A stretch of 64,000 bases of DNA from Candidatus Binatia bacterium (GCA_036382395.1 DASVHW010000043.1:7678-71677), one strand, 5' to 3'; counted from the first letter of the stretch, positions 21,175-33,379 are shown. Numbers and translations are program-made. Notes: generated by a model not told the origin, from the letters alone.

Positions 21175-24100
21175 GCACCTGCTGCACGGGGCGTACCGTG
21201 GCTGAGTTGTCCAAAGCCATCGCGCGCCTCATGGAAGAGCGCGAGCGCACGCAGCCGCAGACCGTATCGGCAGACGTGCCCAAACTGCGCCAGGTAATTG
21301 AGGCGGTTCGCGCCAAGGTCACCGCCGGCGAACGCCCGCTAGCCGAGGCGTTCGCTCGCCAACTGTTTGACAAGGACGGTGCGGAGTTCCTCGAGGAGCG
21401 GGAAGTCAGCGAGTTGGCGGCAATTGCCGTGGTTGCCTTCCGATTCGTCGTCGAGCGGAGTCAGGGGGAGCCGCGGGTACGGGTGTTTGATCCGGATATG
21501 ACTCGGGAGGGCTGGGCGGCACCGTGTTCAGTCGTCGAAAGCATCCTGCGGGACCGCCCCTTCATTGTCGATACGATTCAGGAGACCCTGCGGCGCTCCG
21601 GTTGTGTCCTGCAGCGCTTGCTGCACCCGACTTTCGCGGTGGAGCGGGATGGGCGGGGAGCGGCGCTGGCCGTCGGGCCGGCCGGGGCGCTCGGGCACAA
21701 GGAGTCGTTCGTACACGTCGAGGTCGAACGCGTCGCCGATCCCGAAGCATTGTCCGCCTTGCTTCAGCAGCGTCTGACCGAAGTCGTCCTCGCCACCGAG
21801 GATTATCAAGCGATGCGCGCCAAAGCGGAGGAGCTGGCAACGCAGCTGCACACGCGTCCGTTGCGGCCGCCATGGAATGCCGATGTCGATGAGATCGCCG
21901 CATTCCTCCGCTGGCTGGGCGAGAAGAATTTCGTCTTCTTGGGGTATCGCGAGTACCAGTTCGCGGGAAGAGGGGCGGAGCGGACGGCCGAAGTTCGGCA
22001 CGGCTCCGGACTGGGAATCTCGCGCAACGAGGATCGATCGAGCTTCGCGGCGCCTCGGTCGCTGCCCGAGGCGCTGCGCCGCCGGCTCAACGAGCTGCCA
22101 CTGCTCCTGGTGTCGAAGACCAATGCCGAAAGCCCCGTGCATCGGGCTGAACACATGGATTACATCGGCATCAAGGAGATCGATGAGAACGGACTGGTGG
22201 TCGGCGAGAGACGCTTTCTCGGCCTGCTCACCTCCAAGGCCTACACCGAGGAATCGGCAGCGGTACCCCTGCTGCGGCGTAAGCTTGCCGCCATTCTCGA
22301 CGCCGAGGGCGCCATCGAAGACTCGTACGACTACAAGTCGATCGTCACGGTCTTCGACAGCATCCCGAAGGCCGACCTGCTCGCGGCTTCAGTCCCTGAA
22401 CTCCGCGCCGAGATCAAGACCATTCTGGCAGCAGAGGGTGGCAGCGAGGTGAAGGTCCTACAGCGCCCCGACGCCCTCGGCCGCGGCATATTCATCACCA
22501 TCATCCTGCCGCGCGAACGCTTTTCCAACGACTTGTATCGGCGGGTTGAAGCCCGCCTTGCGCAGGCGTTTTCGGCCATCGTGCTCGATCAGCGCCTGGT
22601 GATGGACGAGCGCGATCAGGTACGGCTGCACTTCTATCTCGCCACCGCGCCGGAGAACGTCCGCGCCGTGGCAGCAGAAGACCTGCAGGCGCAAATCACC
22701 AGCTTGTTACGGACGTGGAACGACCGGCTTCGCGATGCGCTCCGTGAACAGTTTCCGCGGGACCAGGTGCGCACCCTGGCAGACCGGTACACCGCCGCCT
22801 TCTCGAACGCGTACAAGGCCGCCACCGACGTCACAGTCGCCATCCGCGACCTCCAGTGCATCGAGGCGCTATTGTCAACGCGCGCACCCCAGGTCGATCT
22901 CATCAACGATAGCGCTGCCGGCGAGGAGCGGTTCTCTGCCCTGAAACTCTACTTGGCGGAAACGGAATTGGTCCTCAGCGATTTCCTGCCGGTGCTTGAA
23001 AATCTCGGCCTCAAAGTGTTTGCCGAAGACGCGGTCGGCGTCGCCCTCCCGGAACTCGGACGGATGCGGATCCACACGTTTTTCGTCCAGGATACCGCCG
23101 GCGCACGCCTGGATATCGCGCCTGCGGCACCGTTGCTCCAGCCGGCGCTGCTGACGCTCTTGGCGGGCAGCGTTGAAAACGACCGGCTAAACGGCCTGAT
23201 CCTGGAGGCCGACTTGGATTGGCGCCAAGTGGATCTGCTGCGTGCGTACGTGAACCACGGGGTGCAGATCGGTACCGCTCCCACCCGCAGCACGCTGATG
23301 CACGCGCTGCTCGGTGCCCCACGATCGGCACGCCTGCTGTGGGAATACTTCGAGGCCAAGTTCGATCCGCTACGGCCCCCTACCCCGCGCGAACGTCTGG
23401 CGCAGGTGTTGCCGGAAATCGAGCAGCGCCTCATCGCCAGCCTCGATGCAGTGCAGAGCGTGAGCGACGATCGCATGCTGCGTGCCCTCTTCAGTGCCGT
23501 TGCCGCCACCGTGCGCACCAACTTTTTCCGCCTGGAGTCCACTGCCCCTCGGACGGACCGGGCACGGCCCGACGCGGCGCGCGCCGCAGACGGCGGACCG
23601 CGGGCAGCAATCGCCGTAAAGTTGGAATGTGCCCGTATCCCACAGCTGCCACGCCCGCACCCGGAATACGAAATCTACGTCCACGCCCCGAACGTGGAGG
23701 GACTGCATTTGCGTGGCGCCAAGGTGGCGCGCGGCGGGATCCGCCTGAGCGACCGGCCGGATGATTTTCGCACCGAAATCCTCGGCCTCATGCAGACGCA
23801 GATGGTCAAGAACGCCGTCATCATACCAGCCGGTGCCAAGGGCGGTTTCATTCCGAAGCGCCGTCCCGGGACACCGCTCAACTCGGGCCAGACCGTGGCG
23901 GCGTATCGGAGTTTCATCAGCGCACTCCTGGATGTAACCGACAACCTCGTTCAAGGGCGCCTGGTCCCGCCAGCGGCGACCTTGCTCTACGATGATCCGG
24001 ATCCCTACCTGGTGGTGGCGGAGGACAAGGGCACCGCAACCTTCTCTGATATCGCCAACGAGATCGCGGCACGACATCAGTTCTGGCTCGGTGACGCCTT

Positions 24101-26123
24101 CGCGTCCGGCGGGGCTCACGGCTACGATCACAAGAAGGAAGGCATCACGGCGCGTGGCGCGTGGGAATGTGTGCGCCGTCACTTCCGCGAGATGGGAAGG
24201 AACGCGGACCGCGAGGTCATCACCGTCGTCGGCATCGGCGACATGAGTGGCGACGTATTTGGCAACGCGCTTTTACTGTCCCGCCGCGTGTGCCTGCGCG
24301 CGGCCTTCAACCACGTGCACATCTTCCTCGATCCTTCCCCGGACCCCGCCCGCGCCTTTGCCGAACGCGAGCGGCTGTTCGCTCTGCCGCGATCCAGCTG
24401 GTCCGATTATACCGCCAGTTTGATCAGTGAGGGTGGTGGCGTGTTTTCCCGCGCCGCAAAGAAAGTCCCACTGTCGGCACCCGTGCGCACCATGCTCGCA
24501 CTCGACAGCGAATACGCCACCGGCGAGGAAGTCGTGTGCGCCATCTTGCGGATGGACGCCGACCTGTTATGGAATGGTGGTATTGGAACCTACGTAAAAG
24601 CGAGTGATGAGACGCACGTCGGCGACAGCGCCAACGACTACGTGCGCATCAACGCGTCGGAACTGCGGGTGCGCGTGGTGGCGGAAGGTGGCAACCTCGG
24701 CTTCACGCAACGGGCACGTATCGAGTACGCGCTCCGCGGCGGGCGGATCAACACCGACGCCATCGACAACTCCGCGGGCGTGGACATGTCCGACCACGAG
24801 GTGAACTTGAAAATCGCGCTCGCCGGGCCAGTCGAGAAAGGACACCTGACCTTCGCCGAGCGCAACCGGCTACTGACCGAGCTGACCCCGGAAGTCACGC
24901 GCCGCGTCCTGTCGCACAACCGCCTCCAGGCCCGTATTCTCAGCCTCGATCAACTCCAAAGCCAGACACGGCTGAATGACTTCCGCGAGCTGATCACCCA
25001 ACTTGAAAACGAAGGAGGGCTCGACCGCCAACTCGAAGGCCTGCCAGATCGGGACACGCTGCGCAACCGCCGTAGCGTTCTCCTCGGCCTGACGCGGCCG
25101 GAGCTCGCCGTCTTGCTGGCGCACAGCAAGCTTTGGCTGCAGCACCACGTCCTGGCCTCGGCCCTGCCCGACGATCCCTTCTTCGAATCCTACCTGCGCG
25201 CGTATTTCCCCGAGGTGATCGATACGCGCTTCGGCCAGGCCGTGCGCAGCCACCGTCTGCGGCGTGAAATCATCGCCGTCGAGGCCGCCAATGCCCTCAT
25301 CGACACGATGGGGGCGGCATCCGTCAACCGGGTCGTCCATGATACCGGCACCGACCCCGCCTCGGTAGTCCGCGCGTGGGCCCTCGTAGTCGCGGCGAGC
25401 GGCGCCGCCGACCTGTGGGCGGAGATTGGCAATGCCGATCCAGCACTGCCCGTGGCAGCGGAGGTGCGCTGCTGGTCGACACTCCAGGGCGCGGTCGAGC
25501 GCGCCAGCAAGTGGATCATCGAAACGCAACCATCCACGCTGCCGGCGGCCCAGCTCGCCAACGCCTTGGGCACTTCGACGAAAGAGCTGCTCAGCATCCT
25601 GCCTCGCATTCTACCGCCTGCGGCACGAGCGGGATTGGCGGAGGCGGCTGATGCCTTGGCCAGCGAGGGAACCCCTCGCGCCCTCGCCGAACGCATCCCT
25701 CCCCTCGAACGCCTGGCGGAACTATTTGAAGTTGATCATATCGCCGGCGAACTCGGCGCGGCCCGCGCCACCGCCGCCGAAGCATACTACCAGGTGGATG
25801 ATCTGGTCGATCTCGCCTGGGTTCGCCAAAGCCTGACGGAGCTGCCGGCGGAAGACCGCTGGGAACGGCGCGCGGTTGAAGGCCTGATTGAAGGCTTGGT
25901 GTACGCGCGTCGGCAGCTGACGCACGCCATCCTCCTCCGCTGCCAGGAGGGAGGGGGGGGAGTTGAGGACTGCCTGCACGCCTACGTTCAGGAACACCAG
26001 GAACAGCTGCAGAAGCTGCGCACGCTCGTCAGCGACATCAAGAGCGCCAGGCGCACAACGCTTGCGGCGCTGCTGGTGGTGATGCGTGCGATCGGCCGGC
26101 TGGCCGACCGCGAGGACACGTGA
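21171..26123 (+). CDS. gdhB: NAD-specific glutamate dehydrogenase, large (~180 kDa) GdhB/Bac_GDH type.
   Basis: 1650 aa. Catalytic-core motifs 'GGIRLSDRPDDFRTEILGLMQTQMVKNAVIIPAGAKGGF' and 'GDMSGDVFGN'. The start is uncertain: GTG at 21171 or ATG at 21231. Confidence 0.9.
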   Translation: MSTCCTGRTVAELSKAIARLMEERERTQPQTVSADVPKLRQVIEAVRAKVTAGERPLAEAFARQLFDKDGAEFLEEREVSELAAIAVVAFRFVVERSQGEPRVRVFDPDMTREGWAAPCSVVESILRDRPFIVDTIQETLRRSGCVLQRLLHPTFAVERDGRGAALAVGPAGALGHKESFVHVEVERVADPEALSALLQQRLTEVVLATEDYQAMRAKAEELATQLHTRPLRPPWNADVDEIAAFLRWLGEKNFVFLGYREYQFAGRGAERTAEVRHGSGLGISRNEDRSSFAAPRSLPEALRRRLNELPLLLVSKTNAESPVHRAEHMDYIGIKEIDENGLVVGERRFLGLLTSKAYTEESAAVPLLRRKLAAILDAEGAIEDSYDYKSIVTVFDSIPKADLLAASVPELRAEIKTILAAEGGSEVKVLQRPDALGRGIFITIILPRERFSNDLYRRVEARLAQAFSAIVLDQRLVMDERDQVRLHFYLATAPENVRAVAAEDLQAQITSLLRTWNDRLRDALREQFPRDQVRTLADRYTAAFSNAYKAATDVTVAIRDLQCIEALLSTRAPQVDLINDSAAGEERFSALKLYLAETELVLSDFLPVLENLGLKVFAEDAVGVALPELGRMRIHTFFVQDTAGARLDIAPAAPLLQPALLTLLAGSVENDRLNGLILEADLDWRQVDLLRAYVNHGVQIGTAPTRSTLMHALLGAPRSARLLWEYFEAKFDPLRPPTPRERLAQVLPEIEQRLIASLDAVQSVSDDRMLRALFSAVAATVRTNFFRLESTAPRTDRARPDAARAADGGPRAAIAVKLECARIPQLPRPHPEYEIYVHAPNVEGLHLRGAKVARGGIRLSDRPDDFRTEILGLMQTQMVKNAVIIPAGAKGGFIPKRRPGTPLNSGQTVAAYRSFISALLDVTDNLVQGRLVPPAATLLYDDPDPYLVVAEDKGTATFSDIANEIAARHQFWLGDAFASGGAHGYDHKKEGITARGAWECVRRHFREMGRNADREVITVVGIGDMSGDVFGNALLLSRRVCLRAAFNHVHIFLDPSPDPARAFAERERLFALPRSSWSDYTASLISEGGGVFSRAAKKVPLSAPVRTMLALDSEYATGEEVVCAILRMDADLLWNGGIGTYVKASDETHVGDSANDYVRINASELRVRVVAEGGNLGFTQRARIEYALRGGRINTDAIDNSAGVDMSDHEVNLKIALAGPVEKGHLTFAERNRLLTELTPEVTRRVLSHNRLQARILSLDQLQSQTRLNDFRELITQLENEGGLDRQLEGLPDRDTLRNRRSVLLGLTRPELAVLLAHSKLWLQHHVLASALPDDPFFESYLRAYFPEVIDTRFGQAVRSHRLRREIIAVEAANALIDTMGAASVNRVVHDTGTDPASVVRAWALVVAASGAADLWAEIGNADPALPVAAEVRCWSTLQGAVERASKWIIETQPSTLPAAQLANALGTSTKELLSILPRILPPAARAGLAEAADALASEGTPRALAERIPPLERLAELFEVDHIAGELGAARATAAEAYYQVDDLVDLAWVRQSLTELPAEDRWERRAVEGLIEGLVYARRQLTHAILLRCQEGGGGVEDCLHAYVQEHQEQLQKLRTLVSDIKSARRTTLAALLVVMRAIGRLADREDT

Positions 26124-26869
26124 TGGCCGCGGCGCGTGTCGTCTTCCTCGGCAGCGGCGACGCCTTTTCCGCAGGGGGGCGTCATCAAGCCGGCTATCTC
26201 GTGCGGAGCCCTGAGGGCGTTTCCCTGCTTGATTGCGGCGCCTCAACCCTCACCGCGATGAAACAACACGGCATCGATACGGCACCGATCGATCAGATCC
26301 TCATCAGCCATTTCCACGGTGATCACTTCGCCGGTATCCCGTTCTTCCTGCTGGAGTACACCTACGAGCGACCCCGGCAACGCCCCTTGCGGATCGCCGG
26401 ACCGCCCGGCACGGAAGAACGCGTGCGGGCTCTGTTTTCAATCGTGTACAAGGAACCTGCCGCTCATCCTCTTCCGTTTCCGCTCGAATTCATCGAAATG
26501 CTACCGGATGTACCGGTAGTGTTCGGCGAACTCAGGATCGAGCCCTTCCGCGTACCGCACCAGGAAAAGGAGATCTCCCTCGGATTCAGTCTGAACTTCG
26601 CCGGGCGCCGCATTGTCTACTCCGGCGACACCGGCTGGACGGAAGAATTGATCACGCGTTCGCAGGGCGCTGATCTTTTCATCTGCGAGTGCTCTTATTT
26701 CGACACGCGTCAGCCATTCCACATTGACTACCCGCGACTTGCGGAGCACCGCTCCCGCTTCACCGCCAAGCGCATGATCCTGACACACTTGGGTCGGGAG
26801 ACGCTCACCCGGCATGACGAGATTGAAATGGAGTTGGCGTCCGACGGGCTGGCGGTGGAAATCGAGTAA
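26120..26869 (+). CDS. MBL-fold metallo-hydrolase (RNase Z / beta-lactamase superfamily).
   Basis: 'ILISHFHGDHFAGIPFFL' HxHxDH motif. ATGA overlap with the gdh stop. Confidence 0.75.
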   Translation: MMAAARVVFLGSGDAFSAGGRHQAGYLVRSPEGVSLLDCGASTLTAMKQHGIDTAPIDQILISHFHGDHFAGIPFFLLEYTYERPRQRPLRIAGPPGTEERVRALFSIVYKEPAAHPLPFPLEFIEMLPDVPVVFGELRIEPFRVPHQEKEISLGFSLNFAGRRIVYSGDTGWTEELITRSQGADLFICECSYFDTRQPFHIDYPRLAEHRSRFTAKRMILTHLGRETLTRHDEIEMELASDGLAVEIE

Positions 26870-27660
26870 TGCTGCCGCTAGATTTCGTTCGGCGAATGCA
26901 TCTCCCGGGGAGTAAGCAGGCTGTGACTGGTAACTGGCAGCGTTCTGTTCGCTTTGATGGCTGTTTGAACTTCCGCGACCTCGGCGGCTACCCGACCCGG
27001 AGCGGTCGGTTGGTTCGAACCGGACAGGTTTTCCGCAGTGACGCGCTCCACCTGCTCACCGCCAACGACATCGCGCGCCTGCGTCACGAACTCCGCATCG
27101 ACTGCGTCATCGATCTCCGGTCCACTGCCGAATTACGCACCGGCGGACGCGGTCTTCTGGAGCCCGAGCCCATTCACTTTCACCACCTGCCGCTCTTTGA
27201 CGGCGAGGCCACAGGAGGCAAGGATCTCCGGGAGGACCGCGATCTCGCCGATATCTACTTCCTCATCGCTGAATTCGCCATGCAGCGCATTGGCGGCGTC
27301 ATCACCGCCGTTGCGGAAGCGGCGGGACCCACCGTGTATCACTGCGCCGCCGGGAAGGACCGGACGGGCGTGATCTCGGCACTGATCCTGGGCATCCTGG
27401 AGGTTGAGGACGAGATCATCGTCGCGGACTACGCCCTCACGCAGGAGAACCTGGACGGCATCATTCAGCGCCTCATGGCGACTGAGGGGTACCGTACGAT
27501 GTTCGAATCGCTGCCGCCAGACACCATGCATGCGCGGCCGCAAACGATGATTGGCTTCCTCGAAAAGCTGCGCGCAAAGTACGGATCGATGCACGGATAT
27601 GCTCGGGCCGCGGGGATACCCGACGACACGATTCAACAGCTGAAAGAACGGCTCCTCTAG
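26869..27660 (+). CDS. Protein tyrosine/serine phosphatase (Y_phosphatase3-like).
   Basis: CX5R P-loop 'HCAAGKDRTG'. TAATG overlap with the upstream gene. Confidence 0.75.
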   Translation: MLPLDFVRRMHLPGSKQAVTGNWQRSVRFDGCLNFRDLGGYPTRSGRLVRTGQVFRSDALHLLTANDIARLRHELRIDCVIDLRSTAELRTGGRGLLEPEPIHFHHLPLFDGEATGGKDLREDRDLADIYFLIAEFAMQRIGGVITAVAEAAGPTVYHCAAGKDRTGVISALILGILEVEDEIIVADYALTQENLDGIIQRLMATEGYRTMFESLPPDTMHARPQTMIGFLEKLRAKYGSMHGYARAAGIPDDTIQQLKERLL

Positions 27661-27782
27661 CGCAATGTGCGTACCGCGCCCCCTCCGGGAAGCGGGTATC
27701 GAGAAACCCGCCCAAGACTTCTTGGCAGAGGTGCAGTCTCGTGCGGTTCGGAGCGCAAAAGCCGGAATCGAAATGATGGAAA

Positions 27783-27814
27783 CAAAAAGGGACCTCCGGC
27801 ATGCCGGAGGTCCC
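27783..27814. terminator. Bidirectional rho-independent terminator between convergent genes.
   Basis: Perfect 26-nt palindrome 'gggacctccggcatgccggaggtccc' (27789..27814) preceded by 'acaaaaa', which on the minus strand reads as a trailing T-run 'tttttgtt'. Confidence 0.7.
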
Positions 27815-27848
27815 TCCCTGACGACGGCCTAGTACGCGGGCCGGATTA

Positions 27849-28901
27849 CTACTTCACCTGCAGTTCCACACGCCGGTTTTGGGCGCGGCCCTCGTCGGTG
27901 TCGTTAGAGGCCACAGGCTGGCGCTTGCCGAAGCCTTCGCTGGAGAGGCGGCTGGCAGCAACGCCGTGTTTGACGAGGTATTGCTCTACCGAAGCGGCCC
28001 GGCGGTGCGACAGCTTCATGTTGTACGCGTCGGTGCCGACACCGTCCGTATGTCCCTGGATGGCGACGTTGATATCTCTCCGCTCCTTGAGGATGCTCGC
28101 GGCTTCGTCGAGAATCACCCGAGCATCGGGCCGGATGTTCGACTTATCGAAGTCGAAATGCACGGCACGCAGGACGATTTTCTCCTTCGTCGGCGGCGGG
28201 AGCGCTGGTGGTCTCACAACTGCCGCAGGCGGCGGTGGTGGCGGCGGCGCTGCGGCGGCTTCTTTGAACGACCACTTCAAGCCCACGCCAGCGGTGACCC
28301 ATTCGGCGTCGGCAGGTCCCTGCTCGTCGGCAACTTGGTAAAGGAGAATATTCGGACGTGGGGCCATGTAAGCCCGGTTCCAGCGGCCGAACAAGCCCAC
28401 TGAGAAATTCGGCATCACATTGACATCCAGGCCGCCACCCACCGAAAATCCCGGCGCCCACTGATTCAGACGCCCGCTCACACCCTTGAAGCCACCACCC
28501 TGGCCAGTGGCATACAGCTCCAGGAGGTCGCCAATCGGCTGCGCGATCCGTGGGCCGACCGTTACTCCGGCCATGGTCGTGTACCGGTTTTCATGGTTCA
28601 GACCCACCTGCCCTGGCATGTCTCTCCCATGGTCATTGTCCGGTGGCTGGAAGGTGAAATGCAATTGGCCCTGAATGCCGAGCCAATCGTTCAACATGTA
28701 CCCCGCAAACGGAGCGGCTGTCCCTCCCGTGTGGACGTGCGCACGATAATTGTCGTTGGTGGGCTCCGAAACGCCCAAATCCACTCCGAAGAACGGGCCA
28801 CCACCATCCGTTTTCGCTGGAGCCCGCTGGGCACGTGCCACCGGAGCGACCATGAGGAGGAACAAGGTCAAAAGGGTCAGGAAACTTTTCTGGCGGTTCA
28901 T
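27849..28901 (-). CDS. OmpA-family outer-membrane protein (N-terminal beta-barrel, Pro-rich linker, C-terminal OmpA peptidoglycan-binding domain).
   Basis: Signal peptide 'MNRQKSFLTLLTLFLLMVAPVARA'. Linker 'PPPPPPPAAVVRPPALPPP'. OmpA_C motifs 'GHTDGVGTDAYNMKLSHRRAASV ... NRRVEL'. Confidence 0.85.
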   Translation of the reverse strand: MNRQKSFLTLLTLFLLMVAPVARAQRAPAKTDGGGPFFGVDLGVSEPTNDNYRAHVHTGGTAAPFAGYMLNDWLGIQGQLHFTFQPPDNDHGRDMPGQVGLNHENRYTTMAGVTVGPRIAQPIGDLLELYATGQGGGFKGVSGRLNQWAPGFSVGGGLDVNVMPNFSVGLFGRWNRAYMAPRPNILLYQVADEQGPADAEWVTAGVGLKWSFKEAAAAPPPPPPPAAVVRPPALPPPTKEKIVLRAVHFDFDKSNIRPDARVILDEAASILKERRDINVAIQGHTDGVGTDAYNMKLSHRRAASVEQYLVKHGVAASRLSSEGFGKRQPVASNDTDEGRAQNRRVELQVK

Positions 28902-28968
28902 GCTATGAGATCTCCTTTCTCTCGCACGTCCAATTTGAAGTCGGCCTACACCATATCACTTTTGCCGA

Positions 28969-29001
28969 GACGTTCAATATCCCCTGACGTTCAATATCCC
29001 C
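28969..29001. promoter_or_regulatory. Tandem 16-bp direct repeat (gacgttcaatatcccc x2, 1-nt spacer) upstream of the OmpA-family gene. Candidate transcription-factor site.
   Basis: Exact duplication seen 68-100 bp upstream of the start at 28901. Confidence 0.3.
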
Positions 29002-29063
29002 CGCCTTGGTGCCGGCAGTCTAATTGGCACTGGGGCAAGAGGGTAAAGGAGTGGATTGGGGAC

Positions 29064-30053
29064 TTAGACCGCAGCGATCAGGAGGTATATCGCGCCAGCA
29101 ATGATGGCGGTACACGGAATCGTCAGCACCCAGGCCCAGACCACGTTGCGCGCCACACCCCAGCGAACCGCCGACACGCGCCGGCTGGCGCCGACGCCGA
29201 CGATGGCGCCGGTGATGGTGTGGGTCGTGCTCACGGGAATACCCGCTGCCGCTGCGCCGAGGATCGTGAACGCACCGGCGGTCTCGGCACAAAAGCCCCC
29301 GATGGGTTGCAGCTTGGTGATCTTCATTCCCATCGTCTTCACGATCCGCCAGCCACCGAATGTCGTGCCCAACGCGATTGCCGCGTGACAGATCAGGACC
29401 ACCCAGATCGGCACGAAAAACGTCGGCCCAAGATACCCGCTGGTGAACAGCAGCACGGTGATGATTCCCATCGTTTTCTGGGCGTCGTTGGTACCGTGGC
29501 CGAGACTGTAGAATGCGGCGGAAACGAGCTGCAGCCGCCGAAACAAGCTATCGACACGGGCAGGCGTGCTACGTCTCACCACGAAGGTGACCAGGGTCAT
29601 GAGAACGAGGCCGAGGATCAGACCAAGCGCCGGTGAGATGAAGACGAACAGAAAGACCTTCGTCAGGCCGCTGACCACCAGCACCTGCGGGCCGGCGGCG
29701 GCGACCCCGGCACCGGCAAAGCCGGCAATGAGCGCGTGAGAGGAGCTCGTCGGCAGCCCGTAGAGCCAGGTCACCACGTCCCAGGCAATCGCCGCGGCCA
29801 GCCCAGCGAACACGACACTGTGGGTGACGGCGCTGGGGTCAATGATGCCTTTGCCGACCGTGCTCGCAACGTTGACTCCGAAACCGAATGCCGCAACGAA
29901 GTTGAAGAACGCCGCCCACAACACCGCCTGGCGCGGGGTCAGGACCCGGGTGGAGACCACGGTGGCTACCGAGTTGGCCGCATCGTGGAAGCCGTTCATG
30001 AAATCGAACGCCAGCGCGACCAGAATGAGCCCCACCACGACCACCAACGACAT
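29064..30053 (-). CDS. pitA: Inorganic phosphate transporter, PiT family.
   Basis: N-terminus 'AFDFMNGFHDAANSVATVVSTRVL' and a second PHO4 repeat 'GHGTNDAQKTMGII'. Confidence 0.9.
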   Translation of the reverse strand: MSLVVVVGLILVALAFDFMNGFHDAANSVATVVSTRVLTPRQAVLWAAFFNFVAAFGFGVNVASTVGKGIIDPSAVTHSVVFAGLAAAIAWDVVTWLYGLPTSSSHALIAGFAGAGVAAAGPQVLVVSGLTKVFLFVFISPALGLILGLVLMTLVTFVVRRSTPARVDSLFRRLQLVSAAFYSLGHGTNDAQKTMGIITVLLFTSGYLGPTFFVPIWVVLICHAAIALGTTFGGWRIVKTMGMKITKLQPIGGFCAETAGAFTILGAAAAGIPVSTTHTITGAIVGVGASRRVSAVRWGVARNVVWAWVLTIPCTAIIAGAIYLLIAAV

Positions 30054-30107
30054 CTCCGCCCCCTAACCCAATGAGTGAACTTGCGGCCTCTGCCCGCGGA
30101 AGCGATG

Positions 30108-30737
30108 TCAGGAGTACTCGAGCGCGACGCCCTCGACCACGTTCGCCACGTCCTCGCACCGATCGATGGCGTCTTCGAGAAACTCGTAGATGTCCTTCCA
30201 CTTGATGACCATCAACGGCTCTTTGCTGTCTTGAAATAAGCGCGCCACGGCGCGCCGGAGCAGGGTGTCACCTTCGTTCTCGTAGCGATTGATCTCCATG
30301 CACACCTGCAGGAGCGCCTCACGGTTCTTCAAATCACGCAGCCCCACCATGGCGCGGCTGACCTCGCTCACGGCGCTGACCAGCGTGCCGGCCAGATCGC
30401 ACGCATCGCGGTCGACGCTGTCGATGCCGTAGAGCCAGATGCGTTCGGCGCTCGCATCGATCAGGTCGAGGACGTCGTCGAGCCGGGAAATCAATCGGTG
30501 GATGTCGCCCCGATCGATCGGCGTCACGAAGGTCCGATGCAGTATCTCCACGGCGCGATGGGTGATCACGTCGCCCTCGTGTTCCACCTCCTTGATGCGG
30601 CGCGCCTGGTCGGAGAGATCGACCGGGTTGTTCAGCATCGCTTGCAGGAGCCGCGCCGCCTCGAGCGTTTTGCCGGCGTGGCGTTCGAACAACTCGAAAA
30701 AGACCTTGCCTTCGGACGGAAACAGGCGGGCAAACAT
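30108..30737 (-). CDS. DUF47 (PhoU-like) protein, the usual partner of PiT transporters.
   Basis: TIGR00153/DUF47-like sequence. Start chosen at the ATG at 30737 ('MFARLFPSEGKVFFELFERHAG'); the track ORF extends to 30881. Confidence 0.8.
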   Translation of the reverse strand: MFARLFPSEGKVFFELFERHAGKTLEAARLLQAMLNNPVDLSDQARRIKEVEHEGDVITHRAVEILHRTFVTPIDRGDIHRLISRLDDVLDLIDASAERIWLYGIDSVDRDACDLAGTLVSAVSEVSRAMVGLRDLKNREALLQVCMEINRYENEGDTLLRRAVARLFQDSKEPLMVIKWKDIYEFLEDAIDRCEDVANVVEGVALEYS

Positions 30738-31155
30738 AGCGGGGGATACTACTGTTCCTGCTGCTAAGAGTAAAGGAAGCGCGCTGTCAATCTGCAGATC
30801 GGCTGGCATGAACGCCGCCGGCGCTCTCGGCGCTCCACCGCAGAACCGCAGTCCGCTATGTTTGGGCGGGAGAAACACCACCCCGGGGAACGGCTACCTG
30901 AAGCAACCGCTGGGGTACCAAATCAATCTGGCGAGGATTTGCGCGGCCGGCAGACGGCCGCAGAGTGTGCGCTTTAGGCCAGCGCGCGCTTCGGCTTGGT
31001 AATCACCACCACCTCCTGCCCATTCACCCGCAGCGTACGACGATCAGCCGGCGTTTGTCGCCCGCCTTGTTTGCGTGCACGCGCTTCGCGCCACTTGTGC
31101 AGTTCTTTCTCCAGGTTGCTCTTGAGCATACTGCCTCCTACTCTGCCGGAGCTGC

Positions 31156-32907
<1,752 letters not shown>

Positions 32908-33379
32908 GCCTCGCTCTCTCGTGCCGACTCCTACTACTTATGGGGAGACCGAAACGGCTTCAGGGGAGGTCCGGACTACGGGAATCCTCGAAGCTATACA
33001 CTTCCGAGGCCTACGCACAGCTATACCTGGTCAGATCCGGTTGCCACCGAAGCTCTTGGCGGGTTTGAGCTTCACAGCCAAGGGCGCCTTCTAGGGGGAG
33101 GAGTACTCACGTATCGAACGAATCTTAGCTCGGCAAAGCATTTAGACAAGGTGGGGGGTGGTAGTCAAGGCCCTTTTCGCTGTGTGCTGATCTTTCTTCA
33201 GATTATTCCGGCGCGGCGTGAGAGACCGTTGCCTCCGGCAGCGGACACCAGCTACTCACATTCCGCCGAGTCGGGGCGGATTAGCGGAAGAGCCGTAACG
33301 GCTCAGAAGAATTAATAGGCAGCGTATTTACTAGTCGGAAATGGCCTGCTAGCTAGCTGTCCGCTGGCAGAGGGGATCG

